Assembly (NCBI GenBank): GCA_023129535.1
Contig: JAGMBW010000071.1
Location: 1 to 54,977 of the forward strand
From: Desulfobacterales bacterium
GTDB lineage: Bacteria; Desulfobacterota; Desulfobacteria; Desulfobacterales; C00003060
Reading direction: 5' to 3'
DNA length: 54,977 bases
This document shows, piece after piece, positions 10,590-20,154 of this stretch. The position numbers and the translations under genes are program-made. Every line of letters starts with the position of its first letter. The stretch's first letter is position 1. Under the pieces are notes generated by a model. That model ran no database searches. It was not told the origin of the DNA and saw nothing but the letters and a program-made list of their open reading frames with translations.

Positions 10590-12355
10590 ACATGTTTTAA
10601 GTCCCCTATGAGGGGATTTAGGGGTGGGCAGCGGCGTAAGGTGCGTGAATTGGGGGCGTAGGTGAAATCGTTGTCTCGGTTTCTATGAGTCAACGATTTC
10701 ACCGAAGGCCCTTCCGCTTTGGGTGGGTAGCTTCAAAAACGGCGTCACGATGTGGGGATGGTGGTAAATACTGGCTGGGTTTGGGTTTATGGGTCAGAGA
10801 CAGTATTGATGACCATCCCCATATCGTGGCCACCACCAGGCTCTTTTAAGTCCCCTATGAGGGGATTTAGGGGTGGGTAGGGGTCAAAAAATTGCGTCAC
10901 CACGTGGGGAGGGCCGTAAATACTGCCTGGCTTTGGGGTCTCTGGATATCAGGCAGTCTTTATGGCAGGGTCCCCACGTAGTGACATCGACTTAAAAAAT
11001 GGTGTCACCCGGTAGCGCTGAGATGTGTGAGGCGGGCATAGCGTTGTTTCTCCGTTGCCTTATTGGCGGGAATAGCCTCGCTATTGCACTGCCGAGTGAC
11101 ATCCTCCAGTAAGGGCGGGTGGGCGGGTTAATCTCTTCGTTGCCACTCGACATGTTATGAAGTGCGGATGTGGTGTTCGATTTCGGAGGGGGTGCTGGGC
11201 GTCTTGAAAGTTGTGTGGGTTAGCCTGTGGTTTTTTGTGGCCACGTATCTGCTTAGCTTCGTGCCGATCCCGGTGGCTACGACGTGCGCCGCCTGGGATG
11301 GATGGGTTGAATTGGGGGCGTAGGTGAAATCGTTGTCTCGGTTTCTATGAGTCAACGATTTGACCGAAGGCCCTTCCGCTTTAGGTGAGTAAATTCAAAA
11401 CTGGCGCCACGACGTGGGGACGGCGATAAATGCTGTCGGGCTTTGGTTTTATGGGTAGGAGACAGCATTGATGGCCGTCCCTACGTCGTGACTACCACCA
11501 GGTGTTTTAAGTCCCCTATGAGGGGATTCAGGGGTGGAGAGCGGCGTAAGGCGCTTAAACTGGGGGCCGTAGGTGAAATCGTTGTCTCGGTGGCCATGAG
11601 ACAACGATTTCACCTACGGCCCTTCCGCTTTGGGTCGGGTAGATTGAAAAACGGCGTTACGACATGGGAACGGCGGTGAATACTGTCGGGCTTTGGTTTT
11701 ATGGGTAACAGGCAGTATTCATGGCCGTTCCCATGTAGGGACCACCGCTTGAATGTTTTAAGTCCCCTATGAGGGGATTCAGGGATGGGTAGCGGCGTAA
11801 GGCGCATGAATTGGGGGCCGTAGGTGAAATCGTTGTCTCCGTTTCTAGGAGACATCGTTTTCACCGAAGGCCCTTCCGGTTTGGGCGGTCTGGCGTGAGG
11901 TGGGGGTAAAGACGTTGTTTCGGGGCTGGAGGATCGGTTGAAGTGTTTGCCAGAGCAAACACTTTATCCGATGCGGAGTTTGAGGCTTCAAGAATCAAAA
12001 ATTGGGGGCCGTAGGTCAAGTGGTTGACTCAGGGAGACAACGACTTGACCGAAGGTCCTTCCGCTTATTGGGGGCCGTAGGTGAAATCGTTGTCTCCGTT
12101 TCTAGGAGACATCGTTTTCACCGAAGGCCCCTGGGGTTTGGGTAGGTAGATTCAAAAAAGGCGTCACGATGTGGGGACGGTGATAAATACTGTCGGGCTT
12201 TGGTTTTATGGGTTACAGGCAGTATTGATGGCCGTCCCCACATCGTGACTACCAGCAGGCTCTTTTAAGTCCCCTATGAGGGGATTTAGGGGTGGGTAGC
12301 GGCGTAAGGCGCGTGAGTTGGGGGCCGTAGGTGAAATCGTTGTCTCCGTTTCTAG
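10590..12355. repeat. Mosaic tandem array of three hairpin modules (A, B, C), left part
   Basis: Module A (TTTTAAGTCCCCTATGAGGGGATT) is at about 10595, 10844, 11505, 11756 and 12263. Module B (GTAGGTGAAATCGTTGTCTC...GAGACAACGATTTCACC) is at about 10650, 11311, 11560, 11811, 12001, 12068 and 12319. Module C (90-nt hairpin) is at about 10741, 10895, 11402, 11652 and 12159. Confidence 0.85.
11155..11235 (-). pseudogene. Relic of the 3' end of a PAPS-reductase-like gene (paralogue of 15495-16202)
   Basis: 11155-11230 is near-identical at nucleotide level to 15495-15570. It encodes ...THTTFKTPSTPSEIEHHIRTS* versus ...THKTFKTRSTVSEIEHRIRTS*, and no upstream body is present. Confidence 0.5.
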
Positions 12356-14677
12356 CCTTAGTTTCGCACTTTGAGTCCGGAAGAATTCACGACTTTTCTT
12401 GTTTATTCAATAAAATTAAGATGTTATAGAGAGAGGCTTTTCTTGGGTAATTTTTAACTATCTGATATTATTAATAAAACTTTTTGCAAAACAAATGTAG
12501 TACCTGTACAGCCTCCCCCGATATTTTATTTTTGTCTTGACAATGCCCCGTTTTTCGGTATCCTGAAAAAAATTTTGGAGAGCGAAAATGTTTTTCAGGG
12601 AAAATCGATCAAAAAATTCAAAACTACCTGTATCGCAATTAGTTGAAAATATTCGAACCGCCAGAGGCCCGAGGGTTCGTATCGTGGTATCTCTGGGTAC
12701 CAGGTTCAAAATTCCTAAGTCAGACCGGAGTGCGGTTGCACGTATTGTGAAAGAGCGGCTTTCCGGTCGGCTGTCATTATTTTCATACGATGCGCAGTTG
12801 GTTAGGTATGCGGACTATATCGTAAAAAAGATACAGACTGAGGGGAAATGGGATTCGGCGCGGCAGCGAGTGGCTGAATTCAAGGAGTCCGATCGGCAAA
12901 CAGCGGAGATTTTTGTTGAGGATGTAGAACATGGATATACCAGGGAATTGGGACCGATACTGATTGGCGATACATTTTGGAGCCGTTTGAATTTTCCTTC
13001 AATATTGCGTGAATATGGGTTTCGGGAGAGCGAGATAAAGACAGCAGAGATTTCGGTATTGAATCGTTTGATTTCCCAGGACAGTGAGAATGGGATTATT
13101 TCCTGGTTAGGGACGGTAGCCGTTGATGAATTGCTTGGTATTGATTTCATGCAATTTGGCCATGACCGATTTTATCGCATATCGGATAAGTTGTTGAAGC
13201 ATCAATCGTATATAGAAGAAGAGTTGTATCAACGGGAAAAAGACCTGTTCAGTCTTGAGGATTGCATATTCTTATATGATTTGACGAATACCTATTTCGA
13301 GGGTGTATGCGCAAGGAATCCGAAGGCGAAATATAGCAAGAATCAAAAGGAGAAGCGAAGTGACTGTCCGCAGGTAGTGGTAGCGCTTGTATTGGATGGT
13401 GATGGTTTTATTCGACGTCATCCTGTCTTCGAGGGAAAGATGTCGGATTCAAAGTCGTTGGGCCATATTGTGGGGGAATTGGCAAGTGAGTTTTCAGATA
13501 AAGCGATGCCCACGATCGTTTTTGACAGAGGGATGGTGACGGAAGAAAACATCGAACTTTTAAAGAGCTATGAGAATTTGAAGTACATTGTGATGTGCCG
13601 CAGTAACGAAGAAGAGCAGTTTATAGGCACATTCCAAAGGGAAGAATTCCATATTGTAGAAGGCAGAGACCCAAAAAAGAAAGTGGAAGTAATGATAAAA
13701 CCGGCAGCCGACATCGTTTATTTGTTGTGCAAAAGTGAAGGACGCAAAAACAAAGAGCAAGGGATGCGCAATAATCGTGAAAAAAAGCTGGAAAAGGAAC
13801 TGACAAATTTGCAGAATCAGATTCAAAAGGGGAGAGAAAATAATCCTGTCAAAATCGAACAAAGAATCGGTCGTATTAAAGAGCGGTTCGGCAAGGTGTC
13901 GCAATATTATGAGATCATGTATACCCATCGGGAATTTTCATATACACTTCCTGAAGATGTAAAAATTTCCAAACGAGTTTCAAATTCTCTTGCGAAGCTG
14001 AAAGAAAAAGCAAACGGCAATACAATCACCTTTCCGGCACTTGAAAAAAAACTGGCCGTTATGCAAGAGAAATATCCTTCTGATTTTGATAAAATCAAGA
14101 TGCACTTAATTGCACCAGCGTTGAGCTGGGAACCCATCGAGGAGATTCGTGAAAAAGAGGCGGGATTGGATGGAAATTACCTTTTGAAGACAAATCGGAC
14201 AGACTTAAATGCCGACGAAATATGGAAGTTGTATGTGATGCTAACTCGGATAGAAAACGCATTTCGGGATTTAAAGTCGTATCTTGGCTTACGCCCGAAC
14301 CCACATCACAGAGAAGACCGTGTCGATGGGCACATATTTATTTCAATCCTTGCGTATCATCTGCTTCATTCGATCGAATATATGTTACGAGTACAGGGTG
14401 TACATTCCCGCTGGGCAACAATAAAACGCGTGGTGAGCACACATGATTATTCGACCGTTCAGCTGCCGACAACCAGCGGTCCGGTAATCAATATCAGGAA
14501 GCCCAGTATGCCCGAAGGCATCCATATGGACATTTACGATAAGCTGGATGTAGACTACAAACATTTGCCGGTGAGACGCAACCTCGCCTGATTGAAAAAA
14601 ACTAAGGCGAGTCTGTAGTACCTGTATCTGTAAGGCATTGGCAATATTGTTCTTTTTATCAAAATGCGAAACCAAGG
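12356..14677 (+). mobile_element. Insertion sequence (IS1634/IS4-type, about 2.3 kb) inserted in the apex of a module-B hairpin
   Basis: Terminal inverted repeats are CCTTAGTTTCGCAC... and ...GCGAAACCAAGG. The flanks reconstitute the uninterrupted hairpin loop GTTTCTAGGAGAC. The target duplication is CTAG, or TA if the IS ends are taken as GCCTT...AAGGC. Confidence 0.8.
12588..14591 (+). CDS. DDE transposase, IS1634/IS4 family
   Basis: 667-aa ORF filling the IS. N-terminus MFFRENRSKNSKLPVSQLVENIRT... and a C-terminal LKSYLGLRPNPHHREDRVDGHIFISILAY block, typical of IS4/IS1634 DDE-K transposases. Confidence 0.8.
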   Translation: MFFRENRSKNSKLPVSQLVENIRTARGPRVRIVVSLGTRFKIPKSDRSAVARIVKERLSGRLSLFSYDAQLVRYADYIVKKIQTEGKWDSARQRVAEFKESDRQTAEIFVEDVEHGYTRELGPILIGDTFWSRLNFPSILREYGFRESEIKTAEISVLNRLISQDSENGIISWLGTVAVDELLGIDFMQFGHDRFYRISDKLLKHQSYIEEELYQREKDLFSLEDCIFLYDLTNTYFEGVCARNPKAKYSKNQKEKRSDCPQVVVALVLDGDGFIRRHPVFEGKMSDSKSLGHIVGELASEFSDKAMPTIVFDRGMVTEENIELLKSYENLKYIVMCRSNEEEQFIGTFQREEFHIVEGRDPKKKVEVMIKPAADIVYLLCKSEGRKNKEQGMRNNREKKLEKELTNLQNQIQKGRENNPVKIEQRIGRIKERFGKVSQYYEIMYTHREFSYTLPEDVKISKRVSNSLAKLKEKANGNTITFPALEKKLAVMQEKYPSDFDKIKMHLIAPALSWEPIEEIREKEAGLDGNYLLKTNRTDLNADEIWKLYVMLTRIENAFRDLKSYLGLRPNPHHREDRVDGHIFISILAYHLLHSIEYMLRVQGVHSRWATIKRVVSTHDYSTVQLPTTSGPVINIRKPSMPEGIHMDIYDKLDVDYKHLPVRRNLA

Positions 14678-14678
14678 C

Positions 14679-15210
14679 TAGGAGACATCGTTTTCACCGA
14701 AGGCCTCTGGGGTTTTGTGTGGCGAGGTATCTGCTTGGCGCCGTGGCGATCCCCGTGGCCAGGAGTCGGTCCGGCGGAGTCGGTCCGGCTGGGATGGATC
14801 TGGTTTTTTAGCGCGCTGTTCCTGGACAGTGCGCTTTGGGTGGGCAGCGGCGTAAGGCGCGTGAACTGGGGGCCGTAGGTGAAATCGTTGTCTCCGTTTC
14901 TAGGAGATATCGTTTTCACCGAAGGCCCTTCCTTTTTGGGTGGGTAGTTTCAAAAAAGGCGTCACGATGTGGGGATGGTGGTAAATACTGGCTGGGTTTG
15001 GGTTTATGGGTCAGAGACAGTATTGATGACCATCCCCATATCGTGGCCACCACCAGGCTCTTTTAAGTCCCCTATGAGGGGATTTAGGGGTGGGTAGGGG
15101 TCAAAAAAATTGCGTCACCGCGTGGGGAGGGCCATAAATACTGCCTGGCTTTGGGGTCTCTGGGTAACAGGCCGTATTTATGGCGGGGCCCCCATGTAGT
15201 GACATCCTCC
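14679..15210. repeat. Mosaic hairpin array, right part (continues after the IS)
   Basis: Contains the second half of the interrupted module B, module B at about 14866, module C at about 14955 and 15112, and module A at about 15061. Confidence 0.8.
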
Positions 15211-15494
15211 AGTAAGGGCGGGTGGGTGGGTTAATCTCTTCGTTGCGAGTTTCGTTAGGGATGTAAACTCTTTGCCGGAAATGGATAGGAGTTGCCAGGA
15301 TGCGTGGAGGCATAGGACGGGTATGTGTTTTGGGTGGATCGATGCTGTAAACTTTTGGAATTCAGAGCGTGAAATATTCATCAAAATATTCATGTGAGCT
15401 GTGGTGAAACACTTTGACAAGGACACCTGGTGAAAGGGTTTGGCAACGGCAGTGCCAGGCGCGCGGGTTAATGTCTTCGTTGCCACTGGAGATG

Positions 15495-16202
15495 TTATGA
15501 AGTGCGGATGCGGTGTTCGATTTCGGAGACGGTGCTCCGCGTCTTGAAAGTTTTGTGGGTTAGCCTGTCCATCTTTTTCATTTTTCGCCAGAGATGTGGG
15601 AAGAAGTAAAAAAGCGTTTCTAATGCAGAAAATTTTTGCAGTGGGCAACAAAAACAACCGGTGCGGGAAAATAGCTGATATAGGCCATTCCAGTCAAATC
15701 CCTGTTCATAACAGTATCTGAGGCTCTTATTTTTTGTTATTTTCCAGTCAATAAGGGGAAAAGCAACCGGTACAGGATAAACATTTTTTGCGTTGGCTCT
15801 GTGGCACTCATCGGAAGTAATGCCAGAATATAAATGGCAGGGTGGTAGAGAGCGGAGGTATTTGACCAACGGCTCCTTTTTGAGGACCTTGACACACCAA
15901 CGACATTGCCAGGCGGGCCAGCCATAGCCTTTCTGGCCCTTTCTTTTGCCTTTGGTCTTGACGTGTTCTGCAAACCAATACTGCCATGGCTTCTCACCCT
16001 TCAGGACGGTAATCTTTCTGCCGATGTAGGTTTGAACATGTTTGATGTGTCTGTAAACTTCAGGGAACTCCTGGCCTGTATCACAGAAAACAATATCGTC
16101 AATGCGGATGTTGTTCTCGATCATCATGAGCAGCATGCATGTGCTGTCTTTCCCGCCTGAGAACAATACTATGTGTTTAGGGTAAGCCTGGTTTTGTGTC
16201 AT
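15495..16202 (-). CDS. Phosphoadenosine phosphosulfate (PAPS) reductase family / PP-loop ATPase, phage-type
   Basis: IVLFSGGKDSTCML PP-loop motif. The ATG at 16202 begins MTQNQAYPKH. The upstream ORF extension is rejected. Confidence 0.75.
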   Translation of the reverse strand: MTQNQAYPKHIVLFSGGKDSTCMLLMMIENNIRIDDIVFCDTGQEFPEVYRHIKHVQTYIGRKITVLKGEKPWQYWFAEHVKTKGKRKGQKGYGWPAWQCRWCVKVLKKEPLVKYLRSLPPCHLYSGITSDECHRANAKNVYPVPVAFPLIDWKITKNKSLRYCYEQGFDWNGLYQLFSRTGCFCCPLQKFSALETLFYFFPHLWRKMKKMDRLTHKTFKTRSTVSEIEHRIRTS

Positions 16203-16471
16203 GGTTGAATAAATAGGATAGAAGGCGATAAATAGAACAAAAAAGGCACAAAAAAACATGCAGGATCGGCTCGAGATAGTGCCATATTATAAAAAAATAG
16301 CCAGCTAAGGGTAAAATATCATATTATACCCTGCACTTAAGGGTAAAATATATTGAGCATCTATATTATAACCCCCCTATAGTCTCCCCTTAGAGTCAAA
16401 GTACTGGACGTCTGGCCAGACTGCCGGGTCTGTTTTTGGACACGAAGTGAAGCTTGCGCTAAAGGCGGAAA

Positions 16472-17020
16472 TCACTTTGCGGGCTTTCTGTGTTTATATC
16501 TTTTTGGATGCCAGTAGGTCTTGCCGGAAGGGAGCTTGTGGTAATGGTAGGCAGGATCGTCCTTGTAGCGGTGGTCGATATGGTCGGCGGCTTTTTGCCA
16601 GAGCAATTCAAACTTAGCGTAAAAAGGCTCGATAAGTTCTTCCTGAGTGGTGAAGATCATTGCTTCGTGGTTTCTGTATTCTGCGTCTGCTGTGATATTG
16701 TAGCTTCCTGTAACCAGGATTGTTTTGTCCACAATGAGAAACTTGTGATGCATAAGCCCCTTTACGACTTTGACGATCTTGATGCCTATTCCTCGTTCAA
16801 TCATCCATTCGTCCAGAGAGTAGTATTTGTCAGCCTGATCCCTGTCCAGGACCAGCCTGACGCTTACTTCCCTTTCGACTGCTTTAGCCAGCGCCTTAGC
16901 AACGTATTTTAAGGATAAGAGATAGAGAGCAGCCACGATCTCCTGGTTGGCTGCCTTGATGATTTCCACAAGCTCTCTGCTGATGTAACCCCTTGGAGAG
17001 AAAAGGACTTTAGTCTTCAT
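16472..17020 (-). CDS. Phospholipase D-like (single HKD) nuclease, Nuc family
   Basis: HHKFLIVDKTILVTGSYNIT is the HxK(x)4D...GSxN motif. Confidence 0.8.
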   Translation of the reverse strand: MKTKVLFSPRGYISRELVEIIKAANQEIVAALYLLSLKYVAKALAKAVEREVSVRLVLDRDQADKYYSLDEWMIERGIGIKIVKVVKGLMHHKFLIVDKTILVTGSYNITADAEYRNHEAMIFTTQEELIEPFYAKFELLWQKAADHIDHRYKDDPAYHYHKLPSGKTYWHPKRYKHRKPAK

Positions 17021-17100
17021 TTTTCCTGATTAGGCGCCCACTTTGAGTGGTTGTGTCATTTGGATTTCCTTCCTGCCTGCCGGCAGGCAGGGAAGTCAAG

Positions 17101-17132
17101 AAAAGCGGGGTTTACACACAAGCCCCGCTTTT
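17101..17132. terminator. Bidirectional hairpin terminator downstream of the HU gene
   Basis: AAAAGCGGGG-TTTACACACAAG-CCCCGCTTTT. A perfect GC-rich palindrome (CCTGCCTGCCGGCAGGCAGG) precedes it at about 17067-17096. Confidence 0.6.
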
Positions 17133-17160
17133 CCGGGTCTCCGGCTCTGGCTTTGGAGGG

Positions 17161-17433
17161 TTATTGGCCACCCCTTTTTAGGGAACGCCCTGGTTTGAAA
17201 TGGGGGTATTTGCGTGCGGGGATGTTGATTGTCTTGCCGCTCTTGGGATTTCGTGCTTTTCGAGCCTTTCTATTTTTTACGTAGAATTTCCCAAAACCTC
17301 TGAGAACAATGGCATCCCCGTTGACCAGTAGATTGGTTACGTTGGACATAACACTATCCAGGGCCTTGGCTGCTAAGGGCCTCGTAATATCCAGGTCTTC
17401 AGCTATGTTCGCGACAAGTTCCGTTTTGGTCAT
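17161..17433 (-). CDS. HU/IHF family DNA-binding protein
   Basis: MTKTELVANIAEDL...GDAIVLRGFGKFYVKNRKARKARNPKSGKTINIPARKYPHFKPG. Confidence 0.9.
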   Translation of the reverse strand: MTKTELVANIAEDLDITRPLAAKALDSVMSNVTNLLVNGDAIVLRGFGKFYVKNRKARKARNPKSGKTINIPARKYPHFKPGRSLKRGGQ

Positions 17434-17450
17434 TTTGCCTCACACCCCCC

Positions 17451-17798
17451 TTACTTTTTTCTGCTAGTCTTTTTCTTTTTGGGCTTTGCCTTTGGTTTTA
17501 CCTTGGGCTTGGCCAACACGTTTTTGGCAACAGCCTCTTTCAGTGGCTGTCCCGGCTTGAAGCTTACCCTCACGCCTGGTGCGAAAGTTACTTTCTTGCC
17601 GGTCAGAGGGTTAATGCCTTTCCTCTCAGGTACGGGGTTCACCTTGAAGGATCCAAAGCCAGGAAGCTTCAATGCCCTTTTCCTTGCCAGGATCGCCTGG
17701 ATCACATCGAGCAGTATCGCCAGATATGCTCCAGCATTGACCTTGGTCACCTTAGCCTTTGTGGCGAATTTGGTTATGACTTCTTCTCTATCTGTCAT
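17451..17798 (-). CDS. HU-like DNA-binding protein with a lysine-rich C-terminal tail
   Basis: LPGFGSFKVNPVPERKGINPLTGKKVTFAPGVRVSFKPG followed by KPKVKPKAKPKKKKTSRKK. Confidence 0.8.
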   Translation of the reverse strand: MTDREEVITKFATKAKVTKVNAGAYLAILLDVIQAILARKRALKLPGFGSFKVNPVPERKGINPLTGKKVTFAPGVRVSFKPGQPLKEAVAKNVLAKPKVKPKAKPKKKKTSRKK

Positions 17799-17959
17799 CG
17801 TGTGTTCACCTCCTTTCTCCTCTCTTCTGGCTCAGGTATGATGTAGCGGGACTTCATGATGATCAAAAAGGCAGCATAAGCGAGATTTGCCTGCGCTTCA
17901 GACGTGCCGGGCCTCTGGAGTATCTCGATTATGGCCTGAGTGATTTCTACTTTTGTCAT
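17795..17959 (-). CDS. Small hypothetical protein
   Basis: The ATG at 17959 begins MTKVEITQAIIEIL. The stop overlaps the HU-like start. No recognisable family. Confidence 0.35.
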   Translation of the reverse strand: MTKVEITQAIIEILQRPGTSEAQANLAYAAFLIIMKSRYIIPEPEERRKEVNTR

Positions 17960-18054
17960 GATGTTTTCCTTCCCGCCCGCCTCGCCTGAGCGAGCCTCAG
18001 GCTCGCGATGGCGGGCAGGCACAGGGGGCATCTGCGGCCCCCTGTGGTTATTGG

Positions 18055-18291
18055 TTACAGTTCGAAGTTAACCTGTACAGCGGAGCCAGAGCCCATTCCA
18101 ACACCATTCTTTGTTGCAGGGGCATGTCCTGGTGCAGAGGCCGTCATATTGAACGTTCCGGCAGGATGGACCATCAAATAATTGCCAGTGGGCAAAGCGT
18201 TTGCCGTGACTCCAAGGGAAGTCCGAACCGATGCGCCTGCAAGGGGCTGGCCGTTTGCTGTAATAAGACCATAAACCCAGACTGGAAACAT
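18055..18291 (-). CDS. Small hypothetical protein (beta-rich, carboxypeptidase-regulatory-like)
   Basis: The ATG at 18291 is preceded by AAAGGAGGTGA. Upstream is the conserved 22-nt motif. Confidence 0.5.
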   Translation of the reverse strand: MFPVWVYGLITANGQPLAGASVRTSLGVTANALPTGNYLMVHPAGTFNMTASAPGHAPATKNGVGMGSGSAVQVNFEL

Positions 18292-18347
18292 AGTATCACC
18301 TCCTTTTAGCGCAAGCTTCACTTCGTGTCATGTTAGTGGACGTCACG

Positions 18348-18608
18348 CTAATCAACGTAACGACTGAAGTTGTTGTTGTACGCCTTGGTGACAGGATTCC
18401 ATCCAAGAGTCTTCATGCTGCGGTTAGAATAAACCCCGATGAACAGGATTACATCTCCAATTGACTGGCAATCCATCATGGTGTAGCCAATGTTGCCGCC
18501 GAAGATGTAGGAGCCATTGTTGGTGAAGATCCTGACGTCACCGGCATCCCATATTACCAGATACTCAGCGCCGTTAACTGTAAGAACCTTTGCTCCTGTG
18601 TTGGTCAT
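18348..18608 (-). CDS. Small hypothetical protein
   Basis: The ATG at 18608 is preceded by AAGGAGGTGA and the conserved 22-nt motif variant. Confidence 0.5.
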   Translation of the reverse strand: MTNTGAKVLTVNGAEYLVIWDAGDVRIFTNNGSYIFGGNIGYTMMDCQSIGDVILFIGVYSNRSMKTLGWNPVTKAYNNNFSRYVD

Positions 18609-18644
18609 GTTGTTCACCTCCTTAGCGCTACGCTTCACTTCGTG

Positions 18645-19016
18645 TCACTTTATAAGTTCTACTAAAATGGCAAGGATAGAGACTATTGCTCCGCCTGCCA
18701 TGCCTAAGCCTATTGCAATGCCTTTAGTCTTGATGGCGGTCTGGGTAGCTTGCTGGAGCAACTCCTGGGTTTTGGCAAGATCGTCCCGAAGCGAGTTTAA
18801 GGTCAGATCATGTTTTGAGATCCGGACGTCAAATTGCCTCCAGCCCTCTGCCCTTGAGTGGTTAAGACGTTCTGTGGCATCAAAGTGCTCTTTATGCAGC
18901 TTTTCTGACCACTCCTTATAGTCATCAAGCCGATTGAAGATGGTTTTGGCCTGTTCCTCAATACGGGCTATGGCTTGCTTGATGTCTATGACGCACTTTT
19001 CTATATCAGCAGCCAT
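18645..19016 (-). CDS. Coiled-coil protein with a C-terminal transmembrane helix (lysis-cassette accessory?)
   Basis: The C-terminus GIAIGLGMAGGAIVSILAILVELIK is hydrophobic. The gene is translationally coupled to the NlpC/P60 gene. Confidence 0.5.
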   Translation of the reverse strand: MAADIEKCVIDIKQAIARIEEQAKTIFNRLDDYKEWSEKLHKEHFDATERLNHSRAEGWRQFDVRISKHDLTLNSLRDDLAKTQELLQQATQTAIKTKGIAIGLGMAGGAIVSILAILVELIK

Positions 19017-19537
19017 TAAAGGAACTCCTTACTTCCCTGAAATTTTGTGTCCCAAAAATTACCTGAGTCAAATACTCTCTTGACAAAGCCAGTGCTGGAG
19101 CCTGCCTGCCAAAAGGATGGATTGTTTACCATTATGCCGATATGCCCATAGGGTCTTGATCGAGTAAATTGCCACCACACTAAATAACCACATTGGGCTT
19201 TTTGCCAATGAACACAGGGGTTGCTGTTACAAACCCAGTACTTCTTTGCCGTGGTTCTGGGCACCGGGTGTCCCATTCGTTTTGCTACATGGTACACAGC
19301 CCCGGAACAATCAAAGCCAGGGCCTGGAGATTTGCCTCCCCAAATGTATGGAGTGCCCTTGAGCGAGTCGCAAACCGCGGCTAACTCAGAGCACTTAGAA
19401 AGCTGCACTGCAAATGATTGCTGACAGCCCCAGGATGAAACTACCGATGACAACAGAGCCAGCAACAGGATGTTTTGTAAACGCCTCATAGAAATCCCAC
19501 TTAGGGGTAGCCCAATCAAAAAGTTTGTACCCCGCAA
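19016..19537 (-). CDS. NlpC/P60 family peptidoglycan endopeptidase (endolysin-like); start uncertain
   Basis: GTPYIWGGKSPGPGFDCSGAVYHV (catalytic Cys) and GHIGIMV (His). The 5' end overlaps the DUF350-like ORF by 95-143 nt, so an internal GTG near 19404 is possible. Confidence 0.75.
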   Translation of the reverse strand: MRGTNFLIGLPLSGISMRRLQNILLLALLSSVVSSWGCQQSFAVQLSKCSELAAVCDSLKGTPYIWGGKSPGPGFDCSGAVYHVAKRMGHPVPRTTAKKYWVCNSNPCVHWQKAQCGYLVWWQFTRSRPYGHIGIMVNNPSFWQAGSSTGFVKRVFDSGNFWDTKFQGSKEFL

Positions 19538-19601
19538 TCAGTAGCAATATGCCAATGATACCGTTCAAGAGATTGGTGAGCAAAAAGTGCCACATATTCA
19601 T
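19395..19601 (-). CDS. Small two-TM membrane protein (DUF350-like; holin candidate)
   Basis: GIIGILLLIAGYKLFDWATP...GSVVIGSFILGLSAIICSAAF. Confidence 0.55.
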   Translation of the reverse strand: MNMWHFLLTNLLNGIIGILLLIAGYKLFDWATPKWDFYEAFTKHPVAGSVVIGSFILGLSAIICSAAF

Positions 19602-19834
19602 AATGAGCCCCTAAATATTTGTTTGGCATCGTTTATGACATCTTGCCATGCCTGGCGGATTGCCTTGACTTCTTCTTTTGTGAGTTTGTTGTCCTTAAGG
19701 GCTTCATCAATTTTGTCAAACGTTGCGAGCGTTCCGGCGAGTAGCGCTTTCACCTTTCGCACTTTGGCCCCTAAGAAAAGAGTTAACACCCCTAAAATTA
19801 CAGTGATTAGAGTAGCTATAATCCCATAATCCAT
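19598..19834 (-). CDS. Small membrane protein with an N-terminal TM helix (holin-like)
   Basis: MDYGIIATLITVILGVLTLFLGAK followed by a charged helix. The stop and start are coupled to the next gene. Confidence 0.5.
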   Translation of the reverse strand: MDYGIIATLITVILGVLTLFLGAKVRKVKALLAGTLATFDKIDEALKDNKLTKEEVKAIRQAWQDVINDAKQIFRGSL

Positions 19835-20154
19835 GAGCTAATCCTCCTTTGGTGAAACACTTTGACCAGGACACCTGCGGGGTTTAAATGTCCCAATAAG
19901 GATCTTTCGGTTTTGAGGTACCTGTTGAGTAAGGCTGTCCATCGGCATCTCTGCTTTTACTACAGAAGCGCCCAGAGCCGTCTCTCCAGGGGTTTCCAGC
20001 GAATCCCGGTCCGTAGTGACCGGCCCTGGTGGGTTTTTTCTTTGCCCTGGTTTTGCGCTTTACCGGGTTTTTAGCTTTACTACGTGTCTTGACCATTTGA
20101 TTTACCCTGTTGAATTTCCCAAAGGGAAGCCTATTCAACAGGGTAAACCTCCCA

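Noticed and set aside
10590-12355. Possible CRISPR array, given the regularly recurring palindromic repeats.
   Set aside because: The units are 50-250 nt composite hairpin modules, not 25-40-nt repeats separated by unique spacers. The sequences between them are themselves repeated. No cas genes or leader are nearby.
19884-20138. 84-aa highly basic ORF between the holin-like gene and the C11 peptidase gene.
   Set aside because: It has no Shine-Dalgarno site or motif that I could recognise, and its composition (K/R/G/P-rich) is compatible with a non-coding spacer. It is left unannotated.
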